Origin: an uncultured archaeon
GTDB lineage: Archaea > Thermoproteota > Nitrososphaeria > Nitrososphaerales > Gagatemarchaeaceae
Reading direction: 5' to 3'
DNA: 64,000 nt
Assembly (NCBI GenBank): GCA_963799775.1
Contig: CAWCYD010000003.1
Location: forward strand, 1,472,001 to 1,536,000
Part shown: one piece after another, positions 19,930-31,277 of the stretch
Layout of the letters: each line of letters starts with the position of its first letter
Position numbering within the stretch: position 1 is the first letter of the stretch
Notes under the pieces: generated by a model
Told to the model about the DNA's origin: nothing
Seen by the model: the letters and a program-made list of their open reading frames with translations, nothing else
Databases searched by the model: none
Program-made: the position numbers and the translations under genes

Positions 19930-20313
19930 TTGGTCGGCGACCGACGTAGCGACGTCAACGTGACCGTGAACCTTGCAGAAGTCATCCGCCCTTGGGGGAG
20001 CTTCCGCATCATCGGTCAGTTCTCGGGCCGGATCACGGTGAAGATTGTGAAGATCAACCCGCACGGCCGGCTAAGTCTTCAGAGGCACCACAACAGGGAC
20101 GAGGAGTGGACCGTCCTCAGCGGCCAAGTCACCGCAACCGTCGGCGACAGGGTGTACCACTTGCACGTGGGGGACAGGACGACCGCTTATCGCACCTGGG
20201 TGCACAGATTGGAGAGCGACGTCGGGGCCGAGCTCCTCGAGGTCTCGTACGGGGAGTTCGACGAGGACGACATAGTCCGCCTCAGCGACGACTACGGGCG
20301 GAAGACCCCTTGA
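19930..20313 (+). CDS. Cupin, mannose-6-phosphate isomerase type II C-terminal-like (start uncertain)
   Basis: RPWG, LSLQRHHNRDEEW, HRL, EDDIVRLSDDYGR. Confidence 0.88.
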   Translation: MVGDRRSDVNVTVNLAEVIRPWGSFRIIGQFSGRITVKIVKINPHGRLSLQRHHNRDEEWTVLSGQVTATVGDRVYHLHVGDRTTAYRTWVHRLESDVGAELLEVSYGEFDEDDIVRLSDDYGRKTP

Positions 20314-20352
20314 AATTAGAACTTCCGGATTCTGTAAAGTCTGTTGCACGGC

Positions 20353-20586
20353 CTAGGGGATGAAAAACCACTTGATAGTTTGTGGATTGCAACCAAGATG
20401 CCACCCGAAGTGCGGTGCATACACCTCTCCCAATCCAACAGTTGCACAGCCTGCGGAGCGGTAAACCGGCGACGGGGGCCCGAAGCCCGCCGAAATGTTC
20501 ACCCAAAACAGGACGGGAGCAAGGAAGAAGGCGACAATTAGGATGCACGCGATTCCCGCCAGCGCGACCTTTCTCCTTGTCTGCAT
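20353..20586 (-). CDS. Small membrane-anchored protein
   Basis: RRK followed by a hydrophobic helix; short Cys-containing tail. Confidence 0.55.
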   Translation of the reverse strand: MQTRRKVALAGIACILIVAFFLAPVLFWVNISAGFGPPSPVYRSAGCATVGLGEVYAPHFGWHLGCNPQTIKWFFIP

Positions 20587-20784
20587 CGCTTTTTCAGAGT
20601 GGAAGATTGCCTTAACTCTTGAGGGTCTTCTGAATCCCCTGGTCCCATTCCTCTTAGGTAATCAGGCGCTTCTCTTCGAGTAGGTCCGCTGGCGAAGTTA
20701 TCCTTCTCGTGCCTCACGCAAAAAACTTTGCGGAATCGACCTTCCGTCTGCCTTAAATATAACGGCCTAATATTGAGTGCCTAC

Positions 20785-21209
20785 TTGATCCACCCCTACG
20801 AAATAGTGTCAAAGTCAGCGCTTCCCGCGTTCAGGGCGATGGTCTCGAAGAGGCTCACAGAAGACTACGACATGACGCAGCAAGAGGTCGCGACGAGGCT
20901 GGGGTGACGCAGGCCTCCGTCAGCAACTACGCCAGGAAGGCCAGGGGGATGATGCTCGACCTCGAGGTCGACGACAACATCGCGAGGGCGGCGGACAAGG
21001 TCGCCGAGCTCCTCGCCTCAGAGAAGCCTGATCAAAGAGAGGCGCTGCGCCTGATGACCGAGGTCTGTGACTATGTAAGATTCAACCACACCCTCTGCTC
21101 TCTCCACCAGCACCTCGAGCCGGGCTTCAAGACGGAAGGGTGCTTCGCCTGCCTCGGGAGCCTCCCGCCAGAGAGCGGGACGATAAGGCTCTCCGCAGCT
21201 GTCAGTTAA
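20785..21209 (+). CDS. HTH transcriptional regulator, COG2522-like, with C-terminal Cys/His cluster (frameshift ~20903)
   Basis: PYEIVSKSALPAFRAMVSKRL..MTQQEVATRLG joined to VTQASVSNY...CSLH...CFAC. Confidence 0.8.
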
Positions 21210-21248
21210 GCTCAATAGCCATTCCGCAGAGGGGCATAGCAAATCGCC

Positions 21249-22160
21249 TTGATGCAACCCAAGCCCGAGTGGCTCACTGTCTTTCCCGCCACAGCGGTAG
21301 ACAAGGGCGAGAACTATCGCAGATTGAAGGGGCTCTTCAGGGAGCTCGGGCTGCACACGGTCTGCGAGGAGGCCCACTGCCCCAACGTCTCAGAGTGCTG
21401 GGGGAGCGGGACCGCGACGCTGATGCTCATGGGCGATGTCTGCTCGAGGGCGTGCAGGTTCTGCATGGTCACTCCGGGCAGGCCTACGGGCGCACCCGAC
21501 CCGCTCGAGCCCGAGAACGTTGCCCTGACGTTATCGCAGATGGAGCTCTCCTACGTGGTGCTGACATCCGTGGACAGGGACGACCTGCCCGACCAAGGGG
21601 CCGGACACTTTGCAAAGACCATCCGTGCGACGAAGGAGATGAACCCGGGGACGAGGGTCGAGGTCATCATCCCCGATTTCCAGAACGACATCGAGGCGAT
21701 CAGGACCGTGGTCGAGGCGAGGCCAGACGTGGTCGCTCACAACATCGAGACGACGATGTTCCTGAGCCAGAGGGTGAGGGGCCCGCGAGCAGGATACTGG
21801 CAGTCGCTCTCGGTCCTGAAGAACATCAAGAGGCTCGACCACTCGATGCCGACGAAGTCGTCCATCATGCTGGGGCTGGGCGAGGGGGAGGAAGAGGTGA
21901 GGCTCGCGATGATGCACTTGAGGGACGCAGGCGTGGACTTCCTCACGCTCGGGCAATATCTCAGGCCATCCATGAGGCACCTGCCAGTGCAGGAGTATGT
22001 CGCTCCAGACGTCTTCGACCACCTTAAGCGCGTGGGCGAGGAAGAGTATGGTTTCGATTACGTGGCCTCCGGCCCGCTCGTGAGGTCGAGCTACCGCGCC
22101 GGAGAGATGTTCATCGCGGCGACGTTAAAAAACAAACAACAATCAACGAAGTTTCAATAG
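21249..22160 (+). CDS. lipA: Lipoyl synthase
   Basis: CEEAHCPNVSEC, CSRACRFC, RSSY. Confidence 0.96.
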   Translation: MMQPKPEWLTVFPATAVDKGENYRRLKGLFRELGLHTVCEEAHCPNVSECWGSGTATLMLMGDVCSRACRFCMVTPGRPTGAPDPLEPENVALTLSQMELSYVVLTSVDRDDLPDQGAGHFAKTIRATKEMNPGTRVEVIIPDFQNDIEAIRTVVEARPDVVAHNIETTMFLSQRVRGPRAGYWQSLSVLKNIKRLDHSMPTKSSIMLGLGEGEEEVRLAMMHLRDAGVDFLTLGQYLRPSMRHLPVQEYVAPDVFDHLKRVGEEEYGFDYVASGPLVRSSYRAGEMFIAATLKNKQQSTKFQ

Positions 22161-22223
22161 AATACTCAGAAACTCTTATTTGTCCGAGAAAAGTTCGCTG
22201 AATCTAGCCGAGCTCGACCAAGT

Positions 22224-23314
22224 GTGGAAATGCTCCAGGTGATAAGGGCGGATGGCGAATTTGATCCTAAAGTCGAACCAGACCTAAGTCACGAGGATCT
22301 CCTCCGCATGCAGCGATACATGCTCACCGTGAGGAGGTTCAACGAGAAGGGGATGTCCCTGCAGAGACAGGGGAGGATCGGTTTCTTCATGGAGTCGACG
22401 GGGCAGGAGGCATGCCAGATCGGGATGTCTTACACCCTCACAGCGAACGACTGGGCGTTCCCGTCCTACAGGGACCCAGGCACGTGCCTCGTCAGAGGGT
22501 CCCACTCACAGCGCTCTTCGACCAGATAATGGGGAACTCTGCCGACGAGAGCAAGGGGAGGCAGATGCCCGTTCACTGGGGGTTCAGAGACTACAAGATT
22601 GTCTCGCTATCAAGCCCGATCGGCTCGAAGCTCCTACATGCGGTCGGGGTCGCGTACGCGGCGAAGTTCAGAGGCGAGAGGTCTGTCGCTCTCGCTTCTT
22701 TCGGTGAGGGAGCGACCTCCCAGGGTGAGTTCCACGCGGCGATGAACTTCGCTGGAGTGTGGAAGACTCCCGTCGTCTTCTTCTGCGAGAACAACCAGTA
22801 CGCCATCTCGTTGCCGGTCAGGCGATCGACTGCCTCAGAGAGCATCGCGATAAAGGCGGAGGCCTATGGTTTCGAGGGCGTCCAGATTGACGGGAACGAC
22901 ATCTTAGCTGTCTACAAGGCAACAAAGTCCGCGGTCGACAAGGCCCGCTCAGGCGGGGGCCCTACGCTCATCGAGGCGATCACATACAGGATGGGAGGCC
23001 ATTCCACCTCCGACGACCCCTCGATTTACAGGAGCCAGGACGAGGTCGAGATGTGGAAGAGGAGGGACCCGTTAACGAGGTTCACGGCGTACCTCATCAA
23101 GAAGGGGATAATCACGGAACAGGAGAACCAGAAGATGATGTCCGAGATAGACGCGGAGTTGGCGCGCGTGGTGAAGGAGAGAGAGGCGATCCCTCCCCCA
23201 GACCCATCGACCCTCTTCACTGAGGTCTACTCCGAGATGCCCTGGCACCTTCGGGAGGAGGCAGAGGAGTTCATGCGGGATGAAGGTAACGCCGGCCCGA
23301 GAAACGGGGAATAG
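22224..23314 (+). CDS. 2-oxoacid dehydrogenase E1 alpha, likely branched-chain type (frameshift ~22500)
   Basis: QRQGRIGF, GRQMPVH, GEGATS..NN, HSTSDD. Confidence 0.9.
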
Positions 23315-23341
23315 ACGAAGGAGATTGGTGGCTAGATCCCG

Positions 23342-24318
23342 TTGGCGGTCTCCAACATCGTCCAGAGCGTCAACGAGACGCTAAGGACCGAGATGCGGAG
23401 GAACGGCAACGTCGTCCTCCTAGGCGAGGATATCGGCAGAAACGGGGGCGTCTTCAGGGCGACGGCCGGACTGCTCAACGAGTTCGGGCCTGAGAGGGTC
23501 ATCGACACGCCCATCGCCGAGGACGGGATAATCGGGACGGCCATCGGCATGGCGATAAACGGGCTAGAACCCGTGGTCGAGATCCAGTTCCTCGACTTCA
23601 TCTATCCGGGGTTCAACCAGATAGTCAGCGAGCTCGCGAAACTCAGATACAGGTCGGCTGGTCGTTACCCTGCCCACGTAGTGATAAGGGCTCCGAGCGG
23701 CGGAGGGATCAAGGGAGGCCTCTACCACTCGCAGAGCACCGAGGCCTACTTCACGCACACACCCGGTCTCTACGTGGCGGTGCCCTCGACGCCGACCGAC
23801 ACGATGGGGCTGCTCAGGACGGCGATACGCGGCTCCGACCCGGTCGTATTCTTGGAGCCGAAGAGGGTCTACCGGACCGTGAAGGAGCAGCTTCCCTCCG
23901 ACGAGAGCTTCGAGATCCCGTTCGGCAAGGCGAAGGTCATGCGCGAAGGGACCGACGTGACGCTCATCAGCTGGGCCGCGATGGTCCATACGTGCAAGGC
24001 GGCGGTGGAGCTGGCGGCGAAGGAGGACATCTCGGTGGAGCTCATCGACATGAGGACCTGATGCCGTTCGACATCGAGACCATCCTCGCCTCGGTGAAGA
24101 AGACGGGCAGGGTCGTCATCGCCCACGAGGCGACGAAGATATCCGGGTTCGGCGGGGAAATAGCAGCTCAGATAGCGGAGCGCGCGATAGACTCGCTGCA
24201 GGCCCCGATAGTGAGACTGGGCGGGTTCGACACGCCCTTCCCCTACGCTCTGGAGAACACGTATCTTCCCAACCCGGAAAGGGTACTCAGGGCAATCAAG
24301 AAGGCCACGAGCTACTAG
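23342..24318 (+). CDS. 2-oxoacid dehydrogenase E1 beta (frameshift ~24058)
   Basis: GEDIG..GGVFRAT, DTPIAE, HSQS, KTGR. Confidence 0.9.
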
Positions 24319-24396
24319 TCCTAGTCTGTCGCTTCCAAGTCTTGACTGTCCGTGGATTTCTTTTAAGCACCCTCGGAGTCCCTCTGGCGTAAGAAA

Positions 24397-25620
24397 TTGG
24401 ATCTACGGTTGCCGGACATCGGCGAGGGAATAGCAGAGGGTGAGATTTTGAAGTGGTTAGTGAAACAAGGTGACAAGGTCTCAGAAGAACAGCCGCTCGT
24501 GGAGGTAATGACCGACAAGGTCAACGTCCAGATCCCGTCCCCATGGACAGGAACAGTTTCCAAAGTACTCGTGAAGGAAGGGGACATAGTGAAGGTGGGA
24601 CAGGTGATCGTGACGATCGACTCGGAGGGAGGCTCGAGCAGGCCTGCGATGGCGCAGACCAAGAGCGAGAGGCCCGCACCCACCGGTCCTCAGCAATCGA
24701 CGATGGCAGTTCCCCCGCAGCAGTCGAAGATTGGAGCCGAGTCCGTCATGGCCACGCCCGCGACACGCAGACTGGCCCGGGAGATGGGAGTGGACATCAC
24801 TCGCGTGCAAGGTTCGGGGCCGGCGGGAAGGATAACCGAGGAGGATGTCAAGATGGCAGCGGGTCAGGGCGCGTCGGCAAGGCCAGGGACCACGGTCAGC
24901 GTCTCGATGGCGAAACCGAACGAGGAGAGGGTCCCGGTGAGAGGCCTCAGGAAGATAGTCGCAGAGAGGATGTCAAAGTCTATCCACACGACGGCCCAGG
25001 TTACGCATGTGGACGAGGTTGACATGACGGAGCTCGTCCAACTTCGGGAGTCGATGAAGGCCGAGGGGGAGGAGCGCGGGGTCAAGCTCACCTTCCTTCC
25101 GCTCATCGTCAAGGCCGTGATTCCCGCCCTGAAGGAGTTCCCGTATGTCAACGCGTCATTGGACGACCAGGCGGGGGAGATCATCCTGAAGAAGAGCTAC
25201 AACATCGGGATCGCGACAGACACGGAGAACGGGCTCGTCGTCCCCGTGCTTAAGGACGTCGACAAGAAGGACGTCTTCCAGATCGCCTCTGAGATCCAGC
25301 AGCTGGCCGCAAAGGCGAGGTCAGGTCAGCTCACGCTCGAGGACGTCCACGGCTCGACTTTCACGATAACGAACCAGGGGTCGGTGGGTGGCCTGTTCGC
25401 CACCCCGATAATCAACTACCCAGAGTCCGCGATTCTAGGGACGCACAGGATCTCAAAGAGGCCCGTCGTCAGAGATGGGAAGATCGAGATCCGCGACGTG
25501 ATGTTCCTCTCGCTGAGCTTCGACCACAGGATCCTCGACGGGGCTTACGCGGCGAGGTTCGTCAACAAGCTGATGTCGGTGTTGCAGGACGCGAACCTTC
25601 TTCGCGCTGAATTGCAGTAG
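24397..25620 (+). CDS. Dihydrolipoamide acyltransferase E2
   Basis: Lipoyl domain TDK, PATRRLARE, DHRILDG. Confidence 0.94.
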   Translation: MDLRLPDIGEGIAEGEILKWLVKQGDKVSEEQPLVEVMTDKVNVQIPSPWTGTVSKVLVKEGDIVKVGQVIVTIDSEGGSSRPAMAQTKSERPAPTGPQQSTMAVPPQQSKIGAESVMATPATRRLAREMGVDITRVQGSGPAGRITEEDVKMAAGQGASARPGTTVSVSMAKPNEERVPVRGLRKIVAERMSKSIHTTAQVTHVDEVDMTELVQLRESMKAEGEERGVKLTFLPLIVKAVIPALKEFPYVNASLDDQAGEIILKKSYNIGIATDTENGLVVPVLKDVDKKDVFQIASEIQQLAAKARSGQLTLEDVHGSTFTITNQGSVGGLFATPIINYPESAILGTHRISKRPVVRDGKIEIRDVMFLSLSFDHRILDGAYAARFVNKLMSVLQDANLLRAELQ

Positions 25621-25626
25621 TTAGCT

Positions 25627-25851
25627 TCAGCCTTCGACCAGGGTCTCGGTGCTGCGGACACCGTTGATCTCGTTGATGAGCTCAGAGATCTTCCGAATCT
25701 CGGGATAGCCGGGTGCCTCTCCGAACGCGATGATGTCGTAGCGTCCGTAGCCGAGGAATGCTTTCCTTACCCCCTTTACCTTCCGGGTCTTCAGGAGGAC
25801 ATCGTCCGCTTCTAGTGGGGTGGTCTTGATCAGGATGCAGGTGTTCAGCAA
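25627..25851 (-). CDS. Stand-alone Lrp/AsnC ligand-binding (RAM) domain protein
   Basis: GRYDII, GVRSTETL; no HTH. Confidence 0.85.
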   Translation of the reverse strand: MLNTCILIKTTPLEADDVLLKTRKVKGVRKAFLGYGRYDIIAFGEAPGYPEIRKISELINEINGVRSTETLVEG

Positions 25852-25852
25852 T

Positions 25853-26083
25853 TCACTGCTCGACCTCCGGGAGCGTCTCGGTGAACACGACGCCGCCGAG
25901 CCTCATCGTCTTGGTGACCGCGCGGGCCAGCTGCTTGCTGTTGGCGGCCTCGACATCGGCGACGATGTCGTATCGACCAAGGACGGGGAACGCCCTCTTG
26001 ATCTCAGGGATCTGTCTGAGCTTCTTTGCGAGCTCCTCCATCCTTCCTCGCTCTGTCCTGATCAGGATGCAGGCGGAGATCAA
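25853..26083 (-). CDS. Stand-alone Lrp/AsnC ligand-binding (RAM) domain protein
   Basis: GRYDIV, GVVFTETL; no HTH. Confidence 0.85.
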   Translation of the reverse strand: MISACILIRTERGRMEELAKKLRQIPEIKRAFPVLGRYDIVADVEAANSKQLARAVTKTMRLGGVVFTETLPEVEQ

Positions 26084-26265
26084 ATTCGAAGCAGGCGCAG
26101 GGAGGGTGCTCTAGTGTAATAAAGCGTTCTCGCCCATAACAGCCGAATCGACCCACCAAATCTCGTATCCATTCGGGGGCAATTCACTAACCATTGGGGT
26201 CGTTCTTGCAAATTCGATATTACTCGACCCGCTTGTTGTCTTCTCAAGGAGGTGAAAACGAAAAG

Positions 26266-26517
26266 ATGAGTCTCAAACTGGGGAGCAACAAGAGGAACAT
26301 CCTCGCGTTCGCGATCCTTGCGATCTCGGTCGTCGCGGCGCTGACATCTGTGGGAGCCGTCTTCGCTCAGACTACGACGACAACCTCGACGAGTTCTAGC
26401 CAGAGCTCCAGCACCGCTGGTTCGCAATCGAGCACGTCGGGGTCGAGCGCCAACTGCCCCAACATGGCTGCAGCCTACGGGTCAGCGACGCAATCGGCGA
26501 CGCAAGGATCAGCATAG
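26266..26517 (+). CDS. Small secreted Ser/Thr-rich protein with a single CPNM motif
   Basis: GGAGGTGA RBS, signal peptide ending AVFA-Q. Confidence 0.75.
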   Translation: MSLKLGSNKRNILAFAILAISVVAALTSVGAVFAQTTTTTSTSSSQSSSTAGSQSSTSGSSANCPNMAAAYGSATQSATQGSA

Positions 26518-26616
26518 ATGAGCTAGCAGAGTGGCAGGCCCTGAGAGGGCCTGTCGCTCTTACCTGCTCTCCTAGAAGGGCACCGCCGCCTCACCCATAA
26601 TAACAAGCCCGACGCC

Positions 26617-27171
26617 GTGGGCGTCATGAGCGTGGGTGCGCCTGCTTCCGCCAATCGCGGGAGGCTGGTCCGCGTCGCCGTCGTGATGACATGCACCCTG
26701 ATCGTCCTGGCGGGGATCTTCGTCTTCACCCTTCAGAGCAACGCTGCCACCGCCTCCGTCACTTCTCAAGTCCACGATGCGTACGCCAAACACGCCTCTG
26801 ATTTTGCGTCAGGGAACTTGACGGTCTTGATGGGCGACTATGGTCCCGCCGCCACGGTCCTTTGGACAGGCGACACAAGGAATTGGGGAGGCGAATTCTC
26901 CAACTCGAGCGGCATACAAGCGTTCTTCACCCGCTTCTTGTCGGTGTATCCGACGATTTCTCTCCAGAACGTCACCTATTCCGTAATGTCGCAGGGTAAC
27001 GGGGCGACCGTCGAAGGCTCTGCGACCCTAATCGGCCTGAACGTCTCGAACCAGTCGCTGCGTGCCCCGATCTTGACGCAGACCGTCTACACGCGTGACA
27101 ACGGCGTGTGGGTGATCTCGAGCGAGACGTGGTCCTTCCAGAACTTCTTCATCCTGCAACCCTTCGATTGA
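26617..27171 (+). CDS. Membrane-anchored NTF2/SnoaL-like protein
   Basis: TM segment, then an alpha/beta pattern ending WVISSETW. Confidence 0.7.
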   Translation: MGVMSVGAPASANRGRLVRVAVVMTCTLIVLAGIFVFTLQSNAATASVTSQVHDAYAKHASDFASGNLTVLMGDYGPAATVLWTGDTRNWGGEFSNSSGIQAFFTRFLSVYPTISLQNVTYSVMSQGNGATVEGSATLIGLNVSNQSLRAPILTQTVYTRDNGVWVISSETWSFQNFFILQPFD

Positions 27172-27201
27172 AAGAGGGAATTGTAATCCGCCCGATGACG
27201 T

Positions 27202-28204
27202 CTATGTGACCTGGTCGTTGGGCCACATCATGCTTCGCAGCTTCTTTCCGACCTTCTCGATCTGGTGGGCCTCGAGGGCGTCCATGTATTTCTGGAACGA
27301 CTTTTGCCCTTCCTTCTCGTAGACGCTGACCCACTCCTTCGCGAAGGTCCCCGTCCTGGATCTCCTTCAGGTCCTTCTTCATCGCCTTCTTCACCTCCGG
27401 GCCTATGGCCCTCTTCCCTCTCGTAAGGCCCCCATACCGGGCCGTCTCGCTCACCCTCCGATACATCCCTGAGATCCCATACTTTTGGACCAGGTCGACT
27501 ATCAGCTTCAGCTCGTGGAGCGTCTCGAAGTACGCAATCTCCGGCTGGTAGCCGGCTTCCACAAGAGTCTCGAACGCGTTCTTCACCATGCTCTCGACCC
27601 CTCCGCAGAGGTCCACCTGCTCGCCGAACCAGTCGCTCTCCACCTCTTCCTTGAAGGTGGTCTGCAAGATGCCAGGCCGGGTCGAGCCGATGCCCTTTGC
27701 AATCGCTAGGACGCGGTCCCATGCCCTCTTCGAGTAGTCCTGCTGGACTGCGACTAGCGACGGGGTCCCGAAGTTCTCGAGATAGAGCTCCCTCACCCTT
27801 TGCCCGGGAGACTTGGGTGCGACCATGATGACGTCGGATTTCTTTGGCGGGACGATCCACTTCCAGTGGATGGCAGCGCCGTGCGAGAACGAGAGCGCGG
27901 CTCCCTTTTGGAAGTTCGGGGCTATCTCCTCCTTGTAGACCCGGGCCTGCTCCATGTCCGGAATCAGGACGTGGACAATCTGGGCCTTCTTGACCGCGTC
28001 GGGGACGGTCGCCACTTTGTGCCCCTCGTTCTTCGCCTTCTTCCAGCTCTTTCCTCCCTCACGGAGGCCAACGACCACCTTCAGGCCAGAGTCCCTCAGG
28101 TTGCTCGCCTGGGCCGCTCCCTGGATGCCATAACCAATCACCGCTATCGTCTCGCCCTTTATCGGGTCTAGACTGACGTCGTCATCGTGCCACATCTTCG
28201 CCAT
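27202..28204 (-). CDS. ilvC: Ketol-acid reductoisomerase (frameshift ~27345)
   Basis: [35 protein letters not shown]. Confidence 0.95.
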
Positions 28205-28382
28205 GTTTCGCTACGCGCCGTCCACGCCACATGATATAAGTTTGGAAGCTGAGCTTGGAGTTGACAGCGTCCCAGAGTCTTCTGGGGATGAGATGATGAA
28301 AAAGCGGCTTTCTGAACGATAAATACTTTTGTCCAAACGTTCGGACAAATCCTCATCTCAAAAGGCGCTCCTCACTACGACC

Positions 28383-30447
28383 ATGAACTCCAGAAGGGGT
28401 GTCGGACGTGACGTGGCTGTCTTCGCAGTCGTAATCGTGCTTGTGCTCGGCGGGTTGGCGGTCCTCGCGGTCCCGTTCAGCAGTCCACCGAACAAGGGCA
28501 GCGCCACCGCACCGCCTGTCGCTCCACCTGGAGTGGTCACTTCCACCACGCAGCCGATTGTCTCGACGAGTAACAGTGATCCTCTGGCAATCCTGAATGC
28601 GACCCCAGGGACTCTTAGCTCCTTCCAGACCTTCTCAGAACTCAACGGCTTCATCACTGCGAACGCAAAGAGCGCGCAGCCGCAGAACAGGAACTACCCT
28701 GGAGTCGTCTTCGGGGGCACCACAACGGTGATGGCGGGAGGAATGGCGACCGAAACAATGACCACCACCGTCTCCTCGGTGACTTTCGCAGCGTCAACGA
28801 CAGTGAACGGGGCTGAGGCGGCAGCGTCAACATCGACGAACGGGCCTTCGTTCACGACCACCAACAACCAAGTCCAAGGGGTCGATGAGCTCGACAAGGT
28901 GAAGACGGACGGGACTTATCTCTATGTCGCGACCTCCCAATCGGTCTCGATAATCAGGGCCTACCCGGTGAACTCGACCTCGGTCGTCTCCAGGATCAGC
29001 CTGCCCGGGCTCGGCATCCTTGGGATCAGTCTCGCTCCCCAACGGCTCGCCGTCATCGGGCAGAGCGACCAGAACGCCTCCGTGGAGCTCCTTCTCTACA
29101 ACGTCTCGAACCCTGGAGCCCCCGCGCTCTTGAACTCGATACGTGAGAACGGGGATTACGTCGGCGCGAGGGTCACGCAGGGATACTTCTACTTGGTCGT
29201 CCAGCAGCCATCGTACACGGTCAACGGATACGGGAACGTGACGGCCGCCTACCCGACGGTCGTCGAGGACGGCGTCTCGTCGGTGCTTTCTCCCGGGTCG
29301 ACGTATTACACTCCCAACAGGAGCCAGATCAGCGTCTACACTATGGTCTCTAGCATGTCGATGTCGACAGGGTCAGAGCGCGCGGTGGCCGTTCTGACCG
29401 GGCCATCATCGACCATCTACGTCTCGGCCTCTAACATCTACGTGGTCTACTCGAACTTCTACTCTTGGTATGCTGACGGGATAGCGGGCGACGTCTACAA
29501 CGGCGGAGTCGTCACGAGCTATGGATACCAGGGGCCGCAGCAGAACAGCACCGTCTTCCGCGTCGCCTACGCCTCGGGGAACATCACGGTGGCGGCGGCG
29601 GGCTCGTTCCCCGGCGGCGTCCTCAACCAGTACTCGATGGACGAGTATGACGGCTACTTCAGGGTCGCGACGAGCCGCACAGGCGACGTCAACGGGAGCA
29701 CGATGCGGGTCGACGACGTCTACGTCCTCGACCAGAACCTGACCCAGGTGGGAGTCATCCGCAACATCGCCCCGGGTGAGAACATCTATTCGGTGAGGTT
29801 CGAGGGAGACAAGGGATACGTCGTCACATTCGAGCAGGTGGACCCGCTCTTCACGATATCCTTCGCCGACCCGACACACCCTGTAATCCTCAGCGCGCTC
29901 ACGGTGACCGGGTTCTCAGACTACCTCTACCCGTTCGGGAGCAACTACCTCATAGGGATCGGGAAGGACACGGTCCAAGCGACCAACGGGAACTACTCCT
30001 TCTACCTGGGCCTGAAGCTCTCGCTCTTCCAGCTCACGCCCGACGGGAACTCGAGCGAGGTGGCAAGATATGCGATAGGCGACAGAGGGACGGACTCGGC
30101 GGTCCTCAACGACCCGCTGGCCTTCACCTTCGACTCGGCAACGAACACGACGGTGATCCCGGTCGACCTATACACGATCTCCAGCAGCCAGAGCCCGTAC
30201 CCGGGAAGCCCGCCTCCGTTCGGGCAGTTCGTCTGGCAGGGCGTCTACGTCTTCAACGTCTCGCCGAGCGGGTTCAATCTCCTGGGGACGGTGTCAGCAG
30301 GACCTGCCTGGCCAGAGCCCCGGGGCCCATGAGGTCGACAGGAGCGTCATCATCGGGAACGTGCTCTACACCATCTCGCAGGACGAGGTGATGGCGAGCA
30401 GCCTCTCGGACTTTGGCACTCTGGCGACGGTCCAACTCACTCCGTAA
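28383..30447 (+). CDS. Secreted beta-propeller protein, COG4880-like (frameshift ~30300)
   Basis: TNNQVQGVDELDKVKTDG, LNQYSMDE, ENIYSVRF..YVVTFEQVDPLF; N-terminal RRG then hydrophobic stretch. Confidence 0.88.
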
Positions 30448-30654
30448 CCCAGGTCGAAGGCGAAATTACGATTCCCCTCCTCGGCACATCGGGGCTCATA
30501 GCCGAGGCGAGTTTGGATAACAGCGGCAGCATGAAGAACCTATACAGGTTAATATCGGCTCTATCTGGTTCTAACGAGTTATTCATAGCCTCTTTTGGCG
30601 TAGAAAGCCTAATATTAGCCCCGTTACCATTAGAACAAAGGAGTTTAGGCTGAA

Positions 30655-31275
30655 TTGAAGCGTTCTGGAATGATGATGCAAATGTCGATAGTCGTCTCGT
30701 TGACCGCCCTTATCGCACTGGGCGCGGGAGGCCTCTACACTTACAGCGTCACGGGCTCGACCGCATTGAATTCGGCGCCGACGAGCAACCTGACCGCTGC
30801 ACAGACTGCGGCGAATTCCAAGGCCGACCCTGGCGGAAAGTTTCTCGGTTTCATCCCAGCTGGGTACACCGTCGCGTCCCTTCTCCCCAACGCCGCCACC
30901 TATCCATGTCCGCCCGGATCAACCGCGGCGCAGTGCGCTCAGTTCAAGGCGTCTTGCGGCAACGGTGTCTGCGACCCCAACGAGACATGCGGCACGTGCC
31001 CGATAGACTGTGGGACTCCACAAGGCCTGTCTTGCGACCCATACACAGGCAGGGCCTCTGGTCTAGGAGGCATCTGTGAGATTACAATCCCGTACACGAA
31101 CGTGAACCCATCAGAGACCAACATCAATACGCCGCCGCCGACCCCTGGTCAGGCCACTCAGGGCCCTGACCAGAGCCCACTAGTCAGGCAGGGCATCGAA
31201 CCCCAGCGTAGCCTTCGAGTCTCGGCTAGTCGGCACGACTACGCTTATAACAAACCGAGAGTCGCCGGGCCCTAA
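30655..31275 (+). CDS. Secreted Cys-rich protein
   Basis: TM segment plus CGNGVCDPNETCGTCPIDCG. Confidence 0.75.
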   Translation: MKRSGMMMQMSIVVSLTALIALGAGGLYTYSVTGSTALNSAPTSNLTAAQTAANSKADPGGKFLGFIPAGYTVASLLPNAATYPCPPGSTAAQCAQFKASCGNGVCDPNETCGTCPIDCGTPQGLSCDPYTGRASGLGGICEITIPYTNVNPSETNINTPPPTPGQATQGPDQSPLVRQGIEPQRSLRVSASRHDYAYNKPRVAGP

Positions 31276-31277
31276 TC

